Shown piece after piece: positions 1 through 11,615 of a DNA stretch of 64,000 nt. The DNA is from Anthoceros angustus (lineage: Eukaryota > Plantae > Anthocerotophyta): positions 124,001 to 188,000 of the forward strand of contig MU008203.1 in NCBI GenBank assembly GCA_010909165.1. The letters run 5' to 3'. The translations under genes were made by a program, and so were the position numbers. Numbering within the stretch: position 1 is the first letter of the stretch; every line of letters begins with the position of its first letter. The notes beneath the pieces were generated by a model. The model was not told where the DNA came from. It saw only the letters and a program-made list of their open reading frames with translations, and ran no database searches.

Positions 1-829
1 TTAAAGGCGCTTCAACACGGAAATAGGTACATAGCACGGGGATTAAAAAATGCAGCGGTGGGCGACCGGTCGCCGGTCCGCCACGCCCACCGCCCGGTCC
101 CTGATGAGGCCTCGTGACGAGGTGAAAAACGAACCTGCCTGCTACGTTTACGTTTGCTTTCCGACCAGCGCTGCCGCGCCCACGCCTGCTCCTGCCCGAT
201 TGCTCATCACTCTCACGCTGCGCTGCCCCCTTTCTTTTCGGCGGGAGCCTTGCTGCGCCCTTGCCTGCTCTGCCATCGGCGCTCTTGTCGCATGTCGCCT
301 GCCGCTGCCCGCCGGCCTTGAGCGCCTGCGCCGCGAGCTTGCTGCGGATCGCGCACTTGCCTTGCTTCTTCTCGAAGACGACAGTCTTGGATTTCTTGCT
401 GTAACGGCTGCTTGTGCGGAGGAGGAGGAGGCTGGATTGAGTGAGGTCTTTGAGTGTGCGGGAGGAAGGAATTCGGCCGGTTGGCTGGCTGGCTGTGACG
501 GGAGGTGAGGGACGTGCGGGAGGCCAATTCGTTCCGGGGCTGCGCGATTGATTGGCCTGCCTACTCAAATTTGGCGCCAGATCAGGTGGCGGGTGCATGT
601 CTTTGCGCGTTTTTATGCGAGAGGCGGGGCGGCGGTGTGGGAGTACGGAAGGAGCTGCTGGAGTACCAGGTGCCGGGAGGTGCCGATTTTTGTTTGCCGT
701 ACCTGAGACTGGCAATGTCCTTGCGAAGATGTGAGGATTGATACCTGGTTTTCAATTGGCTACTCTGCGGCACGGTCTCGTGCGAGGTTCCCAAGCAGGC
801 TCAGCTCTTGCTTTTGGTGGAAGGCCGCC

Positions 830-2322
830 ATGGTACTGAAAACCGCCAGATCGGTTTCCCTCCCGCGGGCCGATGCATTGTTTCGGAAAAGGTGTCATCC
901 CAGCAAGAAGCTGTGCACGGGCTTGAGGCGGGACAGCTACCCGGCCAGCCTTGCGGGAGTTTCCTCCACTCCGTGCCTGGCTGAGCGGCCGCTCTCGAAT
1001 TTCTCCGTGGACATTGGGAGCCTTGAGTCCCTTGATGTCGACATTTTGAAGACTGTGTCTTCCCGTCTGTCGGTTCCGGACCTCTGCGTGCTTGCGCAGG
1101 TGAGGCTTGATCCAGGCTCGTGGTTGGAAGGTTTCGGCCTGTGTTTTGTTTGTGCGTGAGAGTGTCGTCGAGCGTGCTCTCCGGCGTTGAGATTGCGCTC
1201 CTCATCTTTTCCAGCTCCCGCTGTCTGGGCAGGGCTGCTGTGGGATAGCCAGGCAGCTGCACAGTTGTGTTGCAGGTCCTCGCTTTCTGTGTGGCTGAGA
1301 GCGGTTTTGACTGCGCTGAGCTTTAAATGCTGAGGCCCTCCTTGTTTGTGCTGCCAGGTAAACAAGAACTACCACGAGGTCTTCTCCTCTGATGAGATTT
1401 GGCAGCACCACTCATCTATCAATGGAATCTGCAAGACTGAAGACGAGAAAAGCTGGAAGTGGAACTATATGGCCGCCACGACTGGTATCCTCAGTTGCAG
1501 ACCTCGCGTTGGCAATCTAAACTTCTATGGAGACATCGTGATCCTTGACCCGTAAGTGATCTGCAAAATTTTGTTCCTTGGTTTTGAAATTGAAGTCATT
1601 TCATCATGCATTCAAGAACCAACGCCCTGGCGTTCTGGCGTCTGATTGCAGCCTGCGGATCTTCTTTACGAATAACGCGAGCCGCCAAGCAGAGTTTCAG
1701 GAAACTCTCAACAGACATGGGCTGACAGATCTGGTTGTGACCTATCGTGGAGTCAGCTGTGCTATTTTCCCCACCACCTATGGCCTCGACGAAACGGCGT
1801 TTGAGGTATTCAGAGGGACTCGTGAAGGAAATGCGAGTGCCGACATCACGAATTCAGGCAGAGTTGCCGTGATGCCATCTGAGCTGTTTACTATGCTCAA
1901 GGAGGAAAACTCCGATCCGTTTCTGGATCATGGAGTTCGAGTGAGTGGGGTGAACGGCCAGATCTTCAGCAGCCATGATGGAGACTTCTATATCCGCCAC
2001 CCCGATCATTCAAGTGGGATTCCCGTGGAGATAGCAGAAGGAGTGGTTGACCATGCTGATGTTCTTTGCACAACAGGTAAACTCCGAACCATCCCGCTGC
2101 CTACCCGTTTTCCTCTCTTCCTTACTTCCGAAGTTCTTGTGCACTATATCTTACCGGGCCTTGTCCTTTGCAGGAGGAAGCTGGACTTTAGACATGGATG
2201 AAGACAGTGACGATGAAGATTGTACACTGCTAAGTGAAGGCAGACTAATGGAGGTCATCCGGGACATGTCAGACTCAGATTTCGAGGACTTCGATGAAAC
2301 GACAAGAGAAGGTGACATGTGA
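830..2322 (+). CDS. F-box protein with an unassigned C-terminal domain; exons ~830-1099, 1358-1551, 1652-2076, 2174-2322 (start may lie further upstream)
   Basis: GT-AG splicing keeps frame at all three introns and reconstitutes an F-box across intron 1: SLESLDVDILKTVSSRLSVPDLCVLAQ|VNKNYHEVFSSDEIWQ. Acidic C-terminal tail. Confidence 0.7.
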
Positions 2323-2796
2323 TGATCTGTTCCAGAACGGCAGGGCCGGTTAAACTGTTGGGTTAGTTCCTCGTGGGTTCAATTCTCAGAGGAAGGTGTA
2401 CACTACAGAATGGAATCCGCATGTCCTTAAATCTCGACATCATTCCGTTAGGTTGGGCAGGCAGTTCCAGGCGGATATATGCATATATATTGGGTGTCAG
2501 CTCTATAGGATGCAAGCCTTCTCTAACACGAAGCTTGCTCGGCGGGTGGGATGAGCTGCACTCGGGAGTCTCATTATACAACTAGGTTTTGTCCAAATTT
2601 TTGGCGCAGATTAGGGATGGTCTGAGGGGCCATTAGATACATTCAATAGTGTAAGGCCAATTGATTTCTTTTCCTGTATAGTACAAGCTCAGCTACAATT
2701 GTTGGCTGTCACAGCTTGTTCTTCATTGTAAGTAACACGGTTCTTTGAATCACTTCTACCTATTAGTAATTCCGTCTGGGCCTAGTGTCTGTACTC

Positions 2797-5484
2797 TCAG
2801 TCCACAAGTTCCACCAGCTGTGAGTTGAGTGACTTCACCATTTTATAAATATCTCCTGTTTGCCAATGCCTACAGTCTCCTACCAGAAACATATTAACCT
2901 GCTGATCGTGCTCGATCCAGCTTTGTCCAGGCACCTTCCGCACACCCGCCTTTCGTCTTAATTCATCTACCTCTGCCGCAGAGTCCCACATGCCAGCAAG
3001 GGCATAGATATTTGACATAAGCAAGTAAGATGCACAGTCAGTGGGTTCTAGATGGATGGATTGATTAAAAGCACGCCTTCCTAACTCTACATTGCCGTGT
3101 TTCTGGCAAGCACCAAGCAGCGCAGACCACACGGCCAAGTCAGGCAGCATTGGCATTTCTGCGATCAGCTCTTCTGCCTTGTCCAAGTGTCCAGCACGTC
3201 CTAGGTTGTCGACCACAGCAGCGTAGTGCAGAACATCTGGAGTGATTCCATGAAGTATAGACATGGACGCGAAGTACTGCAGCCCTTCTTCTACCATGCC
3301 AGCATGACTACACGCAGACAGGAGTGACAGGAATGTGACTCCATCTGGCTTCACGCCTGCCTCTGCCATTTGTTCAAAGCACTGAATGCTCATGTGAGGC
3401 TCACCTTGCTGGGCATAACCAGAAATCAGTGCCGTCCATGAGCACACATCATGCTGCAACAACGAGTCAAAAGCTTTCTGAGCTTCCACCATGCTCCCAC
3501 ACTTGCTGTAGGTACGAGTAAGGGAGGTCAAAACACTCAAACTTGAATCATAACCATGAGCCGAAACATCATGATGAATCTGACCACAAATATCCAGTGC
3601 CCCTGTATTACTGCAGGCTTGCAGAACACACAAAAATGTGGCTTCATTTGGTTTCACCCCTTCTTTTTGCATTTGGGCGTACAGCTCCAGAGCCTTCTCG
3701 GATTGTTCATGATGGACATATCCTGCAAGTATTGCATTCCACAACACCACATTTCGCTGGGAGGTTGTGTCAAAGACATGCCGCGCATCAGCAATGCTTC
3801 CGCACTTTGAATACATGTGGACAAGACTGCTATTAACATACACGTCTGAACCGTAACCCCCACAAACAGCTTCCGCATGTAACATCCTCCCCTTTTCCAG
3901 GAGCTCCACCTTAAGGAACTGTCCACCCACAAGTGTGCTGTCTTCCTTAAATCCTAGGCTACTACATGCTGTAAATAGACGGACGAAGGTCCGATTGTCT
4001 GGTCTAATGCCTTCCTGTTGCATCTGGGCAAAAAGCTGCAGAGCTTGCTCTCCTTGCTCCTGCTCAGCATAACCTGCAATCATCGCATTCCATGAGACCA
4101 CAGTACGTGCGGACAGCATGTCAAATACATGCCGTGCATCCAACAAGCTCCCACATTTTGCATACATGTAGATCAGAGAGCTTCCGACATACTTATCAGA
4201 GGTGTAACCCAATTCAGACGCTCCAGCATGTACTCCTTTCACCTTCACCAGCGAATTCAGTTTGACAAATTGGCCATCTAGAGGAACGCCTTCCTCCCCC
4301 TCTGCGATGCTGCCACATGCTTTCAGCAGACTAACAAAAGTCCGGTCATTTGGGCTGACACCTTCCTGTTGCATTAGGGAATAGGCAAGCAACGCCCTCT
4401 CTCCTTCTCTCAGCTGCGCATAGCCTGCAATCATTGCAGTCCATGCTACCACGTCCTGCAGGGTCAATGCTTCAAACACTTGTTCTGCATCCTTTCTGCT
4501 TCCACATTTTGCATAGGTGTGAACAAGAGTGTTCCCAACAAAGGCATCCGATTCAAATCCTCTTTGAACGACTTCCGCGTGCATCGCCTTAACCTTTCGC
4601 AATAATTCCTCTTTGAGGAATGTTTTCTTTGAAAGACTGTCTTCTCCATCTGCAAGACTTCCCAGTGCCTTAAGCACACTGACATATGTCCTCTCAGTGG
4701 GACTGATGCCTTCCTCTCGCATTCGGTCATACAGCTGCAGAGCCGTCTCTCCTTGCCCCTGCTCCCCATATCCCTCTATCATTGCACTCCAAGTCACTGC
4801 ATCACGCTCGGACATCGAATCAAATACCTGCCTTGCATCGATGACGCTTCCACACTTCGCATACATGTCGACAAGAGTAGTGCCAACAAACAAATCAGGC
4901 TTGCACATGTACTCAACAACATCAGCATGAATCCTTCGACCCTCCTCCAGGTCCAACAAGCTGCAACAAGATTTCAGTACGCTGAGCAGAGTTTGCTTTG
5001 TGGGGTGGACACCTTCCTCTCGCATTCTCTTGTACATTTTCAGAGCTTCCCTCCTTCGACCTCCCTTGACGTACCCCGAAATAACAGCATTCCAGGAACA
5101 TACAGTCCGCTGAGATAATCTGTGAAACACCTGCAAAGCATCTGCAAACATCCCGCACTTTATCAACATGCTGACCACAGATTCTCCCAACATTCTGTTT
5201 GTCTCCAGCCCATTTCTCGCTAGATGAGCATAAAGGCGCTTGCCCTCAGCCAGGGACTTCTTTCTGGTGCATGCCTGCACCAAGCAGCCATACATCTGCA
5301 CTGAAGGTTGGTCCACTCGAAGCAATTCATCCAAGGCCCTCGACACCTGTCCTGCCGCACAAAGGCCCTGTATTTGACAAGCACCATGGACATCGCGTCG
5401 TCCTATGCCATCATGTTCCCAATAGTCGTATCCAATTGGCTGTCCTACGAGAGGAGAGGGAGGAAAGGGAATGGGCGTAGCCAT
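2797..5484 (-). CDS. PLS-class PPR protein, E subgroup (E1-E2-PG box, no DYW); probable organellar RNA-editing specificity factor, 895 aa, intronless
   Basis: Repeated VDMYAKCGS..ARQVFD / VVAWTAMIAGY motifs, E1/E2 (LHYAAVVDNLGRAG, VWSALLGACQKHG) and PG box KVPGQSWIEHDQQVNMFLVGD. Ends before HSE/CxxC. Confidence 0.95.
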   Translation of the reverse strand: MATPIPFPPSPLVGQPIGYDYWEHDGIGRRDVHGACQIQGLCAAGQVSRALDELLRVDQPSVQMYGCLVQACTRKKSLAEGKRLYAHLARNGLETNRMLGESVVSMLIKCGMFADALQVFHRLSQRTVCSWNAVISGYVKGGRRREALKMYKRMREEGVHPTKQTLLSVLKSCCSLLDLEEGRRIHADVVEYMCKPDLFVGTTLVDMYAKCGSVIDARQVFDSMSERDAVTWSAMIEGYGEQGQGETALQLYDRMREEGISPTERTYVSVLKALGSLADGEDSLSKKTFLKEELLRKVKAMHAEVVQRGFESDAFVGNTLVHTYAKCGSRKDAEQVFEALTLQDVVAWTAMIAGYAQLREGERALLAYSLMQQEGVSPNDRTFVSLLKACGSIAEGEEGVPLDGQFVKLNSLVKVKGVHAGASELGYTSDKYVGSSLIYMYAKCGSLLDARHVFDMLSARTVVSWNAMIAGYAEQEQGEQALQLFAQMQQEGIRPDNRTFVRLFTACSSLGFKEDSTLVGGQFLKVELLEKGRMLHAEAVCGGYGSDVYVNSSLVHMYSKCGSIADARHVFDTTSQRNVVLWNAILAGYVHHEQSEKALELYAQMQKEGVKPNEATFLCVLQACSNTGALDICGQIHHDVSAHGYDSSLSVLTSLTRTYSKCGSMVEAQKAFDSLLQHDVCSWTALISGYAQQGEPHMSIQCFEQMAEAGVKPDGVTFLSLLSACSHAGMVEEGLQYFASMSILHGITPDVLHYAAVVDNLGRAGHLDKAEELIAEMPMLPDLAVWSALLGACQKHGNVELGRRAFNQSIHLEPTDCASYLLMSNIYALAGMWDSAAEVDELRRKAGVRKVPGQSWIEHDQQVNMFLVGDCRHWQTGDIYKMVKSLNSQLVELVD

Positions 5485-6083
5485 GCCAGCACTTGAATTG
5501 ACAAAGTATTAGTCATAGGAGGATGTATCACAAAAATTTGGCCCATTTCCGGTCATGTGCACCAACATTCTGCGTCCTTGTGCAACCTGTCCTTCCCCAC
5601 AGTTTGCCGCCTGCCACCTGCTTCAGCCACTCTGGCCAAGTAGTTTAACAAATGTTAAAACAATTTACTACGCAATTCCACGACTCCTTAGTGGACTACA
5701 ATAGATTCTTCTCTTCTACTTCCTGCTCTGACGAATTGGGCATGAAGGATATTGTTTTAGGTCTTGATAACTCATTAAGCCATAGACAACCGGCTCACGG
5801 GAAAAACTTTACTTGATTTCTCTCGCAAATAACTGATGAACGGCATCGAGGGGGGTTTGAGGATGGGATAACGAGCTGTCTAGGTCATATGAAACATGGT
5901 GAAGGAGTATCGGTCCCAAGCTACAGCCGTCTCTCGTGATCAGAAGCAAGTATTCACGCTTCACGAGCACAGAGAGTTCTACACGCCACAAAACAATAAG
6001 ACGTCTTGGGCACCTCACCCGTATCCATGATATGGGCTGACATCAAAATCCCCATCTCACGGCCGTGGGATGCCCTTCCCTAC

Positions 6084-8838
6084 CTAATATTTCACACGTC
6101 CATCACCTTCCAAAATGATGTCTTTGAACGACATTCCCCCGGGTATCATCGGCAGGACATGTTCCTGGCACCCCATCCCACGCCGCAAGGTCAGACATTG
6201 GGACAAATGACCAATTGTAGCCCTGCAGCAAAAAGCAAACAAATCTCACTTACCTGGTGAGGAACCACGACATCCAGGAGATAAGGACCGGGAGTACTCA
6301 ACATGGTTTCGAGAGCAGCTTTCAAATCCGCCTTTTTTGTTACACGAGCATATGGCACCTGAGAACAGCCAATCAAGGAAAAGATATAATAAGCTTGTGA
6401 ACCACTCATGCAGATGGAAGGGAGCCCCCTGCCAGCTGCTCTCACAAGGCAGACCAGAAGCGCAAAGAGAAAACACTGGAGTGCAGCTATGCCTAGTTAC
6501 CTTAAATCCCTTCGCAATTGTGCAGAAATCAGGATATATCTCTTCCTCATGATCAGGATCCCCTAAGTATGTATGTGCCCTATTCGCCTGAAATGACAGA
6601 AGGGAAAGCTGGTGATTACAAGAAGAACTTTCGACAACGAAACTTCGCACTTCACCCCACACAACCAAGCCCACAAACCTTGTAAAATCGGTCTTCCCAC
6701 TGTACCACCATCCCCAGATGTTGGTTATTCAAGATAACTATCTTCACGGGTAGCTTCTCCACATGAATAGTGGCCAGTTCCTGTGGGGGGTCAAAACATG
6801 TAAGATAAACCCTGGAAGTTCATCATTCTCTTCTCGAATGCATATACCAACAGGCACTGAAATGGAAAGAGCCACACTTCCTCATCATCCAAGACTAAGT
6901 GACCAAGCAAAGCTGCACGACTCTTAGCACCAATTGACAGTCATCTGTCAACGTCATCGACATGTATGGAAATTTACAACACAACTCTACAGGACGAGCA
7001 ATACCTGAATGTTCATCAAAAAGCTTCCGTCTCCATCGATATCAATCACGGGAATCGTAGGACAGGTTGCAGCCGCACCAATCGCAGCAGGTAGTCCGAA
7101 GCCCATTGCCCCCAAACCTGATTAGTCCCACGTTAGACACCCTTCATGGTCTCAAGGAAGTTGACAGCAGCCTACTCCCACAACAACGGTGACAGAATAC
7201 CAGTCCAGCATTAAGCATGTGAACAGCAAGGGGTCGAAAAACGCTAGTGTCCAGACTCCTACCTCCTGACGTAAGCCATCGTCGAGGCTCCTCATATTGG
7301 TACCATTGTGCAGCCCACATTTGGTGTTGGCCAACCCCAGTCGCTATAATAGCCTCACCACCAGTGAGCTCATGAAGAGCCTGTACAACAGACTGAGGTG
7401 CGATCGCATCTTCAAACTCCCGAAAATCCATGGGGTGCTTCTCCTTCTGCTCAACAATGTCCTTGATCCAACTCGAGTAGCTAAGCTTCACCCCACTCTG
7501 CCTGATGAGGTTGTTCAAGATCTGCAGCGCTGGCTTCACATCCGCAAACAGCGACACGTGAGGCTGCTTATTTTTCCCAATCTCAGCCGGATCTACGTCA
7601 ATATGCACAATACTAGCCCTGCTCGCAAACGCCTCCAACTTCCCCGTCACCCGGTCGTCAAAGCGCACTCCAAAAGCCAGCAGCAAATCCGACTGATCTA
7701 TAGCATAGTTAGCGCTATAGGTCCCATGCATGCCAAGCATCCCAATAGACCGCTCATCAGACTGCGGAAACGCCCCAAGCCCCATGAGCGTGGACGTTAC
7801 AGGAATGCCGGTGAGCTCCACAAATTCCCTAAGCTCCCGGCTAGCATTCAGGCAGCCGCCCCCGCTGTAAACCACGGGCTTCTTCGAACTCTGCAGCAAA
7901 CGCAGCACCTGCTCCAGCTGCGCCCGCTGCGGCGGCGGCGGCAGCCGCTGCAGATACCCCCGCAAATTCATCGGCTGGTTCCAGTCCGGAATCGCAAGCT
8001 GCTGCTGCACGTCCTTCGGGATGTCGACAAGTACTGGCCCCGGCCGCCCGGACGCGGCCAGGAAGAAGGCCTCCCGGATCACCCTCGGGATATCATCAAT
8101 GTTCATCACCAAATAGTTGTGCTTGGTAATAGACCTGGTCACCTCCACAATAGGCGTCTCCTGGAACGCGTCGGTGCCGATCATGCGCCGCGGCACCTGC
8201 CCCGTGATGGCCACCAGCGGAACGCTGTCCATCATGGCGTCCGCCAAGCCCGTCACCAAATTCGTCGCTCCAGGCCCGGATGTAGCAATGCACACTCCCA
8301 CCCGGCCCGAGGCCTTGGCGTAGCCCTCGGCTGCGAAGATCTCCCCCTGCTCGTGCCGGCACAGGATGTTGCGGATGGAATTGGAGCGGGTAAGGGCCTG
8401 GTGAATTTCCATGGACGCGCCCCCGGGGTAGGCGAAGAGATTCCGCACCCCCTCCCGCTCCAGAGCCTCCACCAGGATGTCGCAGCCCTTGCGCGGCTCG
8501 TCATCCGCAAAGCGCGACTTGAAGCCGGGCGGAGTCGGGGCCACCAGCGTCTTCCCGCTGCTCACCCGCGGCTCCTGCTCCTGCTCCTGCTGCCTCGCCG
8601 CCTGTTCCACATCCGTTGCCAGCAGCTGCCTCGCCACGCTCGCAGCCGGAGCCAGAGCCCCACTCCTCAGCCTGCTGCTCACCGCCCTCTGCTCTCCCGC
8701 GCGCAATGCAGCCGCACCAGCTCCTCCCAAGAAGAGGCTCCTTCCTCGAACCTTCCCTACAACTTTCGCGCCTGCTGCAACCTCCATAGCCGCGCCGCCG
8801 TGCACCACCGCGGCGGTCGCGCAAGCGGCCTGCGCCAT
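6084..8838 (-). CDS. ALS: Acetolactate synthase (AHAS) catalytic subunit with plastid transit peptide; 6 exons (7263-8838, 7005-7117, 6679-6780, 6501-6587, 6254-6358, 6084-6163)
   Basis: [107 protein letters not shown]. All introns GT-AG and in phase. Confidence 0.97.
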
Positions 8839-9894
8839 CGCTCTCGTTTGGCTGGCTGCTGGCTAACGTCAGCTGCTGAGCGGATCGGATCGGATGAAAA
8901 AGAAACGAAGGCAAGCTTGTCGGTCGCGAGAGGTGGGTCGCCGCCTCTGGGATTTTATGCTGCCCTTTCTCTTTCCTCGAAAGCTTGTCACTCAAGTTTT
9001 CGTCAGTGCTGCCTAAGCTTCCATTACCAGTTAACCGAGGTCCTTCTTGTCATGCAACCTCAAGCCGACTCCTTCCCGATCTGTAGCCACACTGATGAAA
9101 GAACAGCAGGAGGATTTTCATCACTTTGCGACCACGTCTTGCGCAGATGCTATGTCATACCATCTGCATACCCTTTTACACGCTCCGGAGGTTCCTATGA
9201 GGCTCACCTGCTTCTGCCTTCTCCATACGTAGGTATAAGAGAGTGCAGTCAGCCAACAAATGCCCGCCTTCTTATCCCACTAGGAAGGGAGTGCAGCCAG
9301 CAAAAACTGCCCACCTTCTTCGCTACAAAGAAAACAAAAACTGCCTGCGAAAGCCTTTATTATCTCCCATCCTCACTAACCTTTGGTTTGTAAGATAAAA
9401 GAGTAGTTGAGATATGATGTTGCAAACACCGAACTCCAACTCACTATGCATTCTATTTTAGGGTGAAGCATTAAGGATAGGAGGACTACTATTGGACAGA
9501 GATAGCAGTCCAGTTTCTATGGAGACAAGTTTTCATATTTCAAAGTCTTTTAGTGAACGATCATATATGCTTCAAAGTTGATGTATTATGTCAGCAATCA
9601 AACTATTGCCTGATTATACGTTCTCAAAGTTGATGTAATAAAAATTTATGTATTATATTAGATATATAACTCTTGTTTGGATTTTATAAGGCAAATAGTA
9701 TTGTATGCTGGTTATGAGACAAAATACAGGCACACATATCGTGCGGTCTCTTGCAGTGATATGGACCATGACTACGCATTTGAGCAGACCACTATAGCCA
9801 ATAGCAAGCAAATATGCAAGTGTTAGGAGAAAGCAGAGAGAGAGAGATAGCTAATACGTTTTAATAGATATACATGTAGCATAGTATACATTAT

Positions 9895-9935
9895 ATGTAC
9901 TATATACATATATATACATATATATATACATATTT
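9895..9935. repeat. (TA)n/(TATATACA)n microsatellite
   Basis: tatatacatatatatacatatatatatacata. Confidence 0.85.
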
Positions 9936-10225
9936 TTTTCTATATATGAAAAGACCAAGATGATTTTACCAAAGTTATTTCGGTGTACGTAAAAAGCAAC
10001 ATAGATAAAAGGTTTGTTGAATCCAATTAAAAAAAGAAGAGGAGAAACAAACTTTTCAATCATGAAAAGTGACTCATTTTATGCCCTTGTTCGTGCCTCC
10101 AAGATTGTTACTCAAGTTTTGGTCAAGTGCGTAAACATCCATTAAAACATAACCTTCCACTAGCAATCGTCAACACATTCTCCCCTATTTATAGCTAAAT
10201 ACCAATACCCATCATACCTACAGCT

Positions 10226-10330
10226 GAACACATCTCTCCTATTTATAACCCCTACATATGAACACATCTCCCCTATTTATAACTCCTACAGATGAACACA
10301 TCTCCCCTATTTATAACTCCAACATCGATG
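10226..10330. repeat. ~34-bp tandem repeat x3 (gaacacatctcccctatttataactcctacagat), plus partial flanking copies
   Basis: Copies visible at ~10226, 10260, 10294. Confidence 0.85.
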
Positions 10331-10499
10331 GAAGAACACATTCTCCTATATCTTCCCCCCTTTTTAGTGAGAACATTGATGGGAGAACAATCTTCACATC
10401 ATTCTTCCTCGAGTTTTAGCCACAACATCGACAAAAAAGAACAGGAGTATTTTCACTTTATAATACAATGACATACTCTTGTACAGGAAAAAAGGGAAA

Positions 10500-10870
10500 C
10501 AAATGACGATCCGCAGGTTGAAAAAAAAATTACAAAAAAGGAAAAAAATAATGACGTCCACGGAGGTTGAGAAAAAATTTAATGTCCACAGAGGTTGAGA
10601 AAAATGAGAAAAAATTTAACATCCAAGGAGGTTGCGAAAAAATTTAACATCTAAGGTTGCGAAAAAAATTAACGACGTCCACAGAAGGTTGAGAAGAAAT
10701 TTAACGACGTCCACGAAGGTTGAGAAAAAATTTAATGTCCAGAGAGGTTGAGAAAAATGAGAAAAAATTTAACATCCAAGGAGGTTGCGAAAAAATTTAA
10801 CATCTAAGGTTGAGAAGAAATTTAACGACGTCCACGAAGGTTGAGAAAAAAATTTAACGACGTCCACGGA
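10500..10870. repeat. Degenerate ~25-35-bp minisatellite (gacgtccac..aggttgagaaaaaatttaa) with a higher-order ~95-bp block duplicated
   Basis: About 12 variant units; block ~10564-10657 recurs at ~10717-10811. Confidence 0.85.
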
Positions 10871-11615
10871 AGTTCTTTCTATTTCGCTGACCTGATTCTG
10901 CATACACACGAGGAGGGTGTGGTCAACAATAACTGTCGAGTTTAGGTTCTCACATAAGCCTTGTTATTTCCTGCTGTTTTTAACGTTCAGCTTGTACATC
11001 GGAGAACACCTGCGTTAGTTCGGAATACACGTGAACAATGAAGTTGATACTATCCTCGCCTTATCAGCAAACTTAGACACCAAGTAAAGCTGAAGAGTGC
11101 CCGGTTGACAAAAGTTTACTCATCCCTTTGACAATATGTACAAGCCGCCAATGTGTACAACTACAAAAAAGAATTCTCATCTCCTGCAATTTGTTAGGGC
11201 ATGCATAAGTTTCATTGCCTGCCCTAGCGATAGTCCTGCCTTCGAACAAAGAAACTGACACCTAATCCACCAACTGCCTAAGTTCCCGCCTAATCTACTC
11301 TTCCCTCGTCTACCTAGGAAACTAAGTGAATACGCTACAATATTGCTTGCAGAAAATTGACTTCCACCCTGGGGCCCTGGAGGAGCACAGGACATGGTTA
11401 CACTACGCTATCTAATAACACAACGTAATGGTCATTGCAATGGCAACGCCCACCAAATCAGGACAAGACAGGGATCCAAGGCTCTATTCTATGCGATGGG
11501 TGGGACCCTGAGAGAAAATTAACCGCATGTACAAAGCTGATCTGAAAACGAGCCTGTTGCTACAAGTCTCGCATGACGCATACTAGAAAAGGAAGACCCC
11601 CTATCCCACACCCTC

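Noticed and set aside
94-170. Hammerhead-ribozyme-like core CTGATGAG-GCCTCG-TGA-CGAGGT-GAAA
   Set aside because: Stem II lacks the closing G10.1-C11.1 pair, and stems I and III can form only 3-4 bp around any NUH site; probably chance
6084-6163. Apparent frameshift in the last ALS exon
   Set aside because: Recounting the C/G run gives [21 protein letters not shown] in frame
7297-9393. 698-aa plus-strand ORF
   Set aside because: Antisense shadow of the GC-rich ALS exon 1; no independent domain. The same applies to 11623-12444 (+) and the antisense ORFs over the PPR genes.
10500-10870. CRISPR-like appearance of this and other arrays (48495-48895, 53410-53600)
   Set aside because: No unique spacers between constant repeats, no cas genes, eukaryotic context
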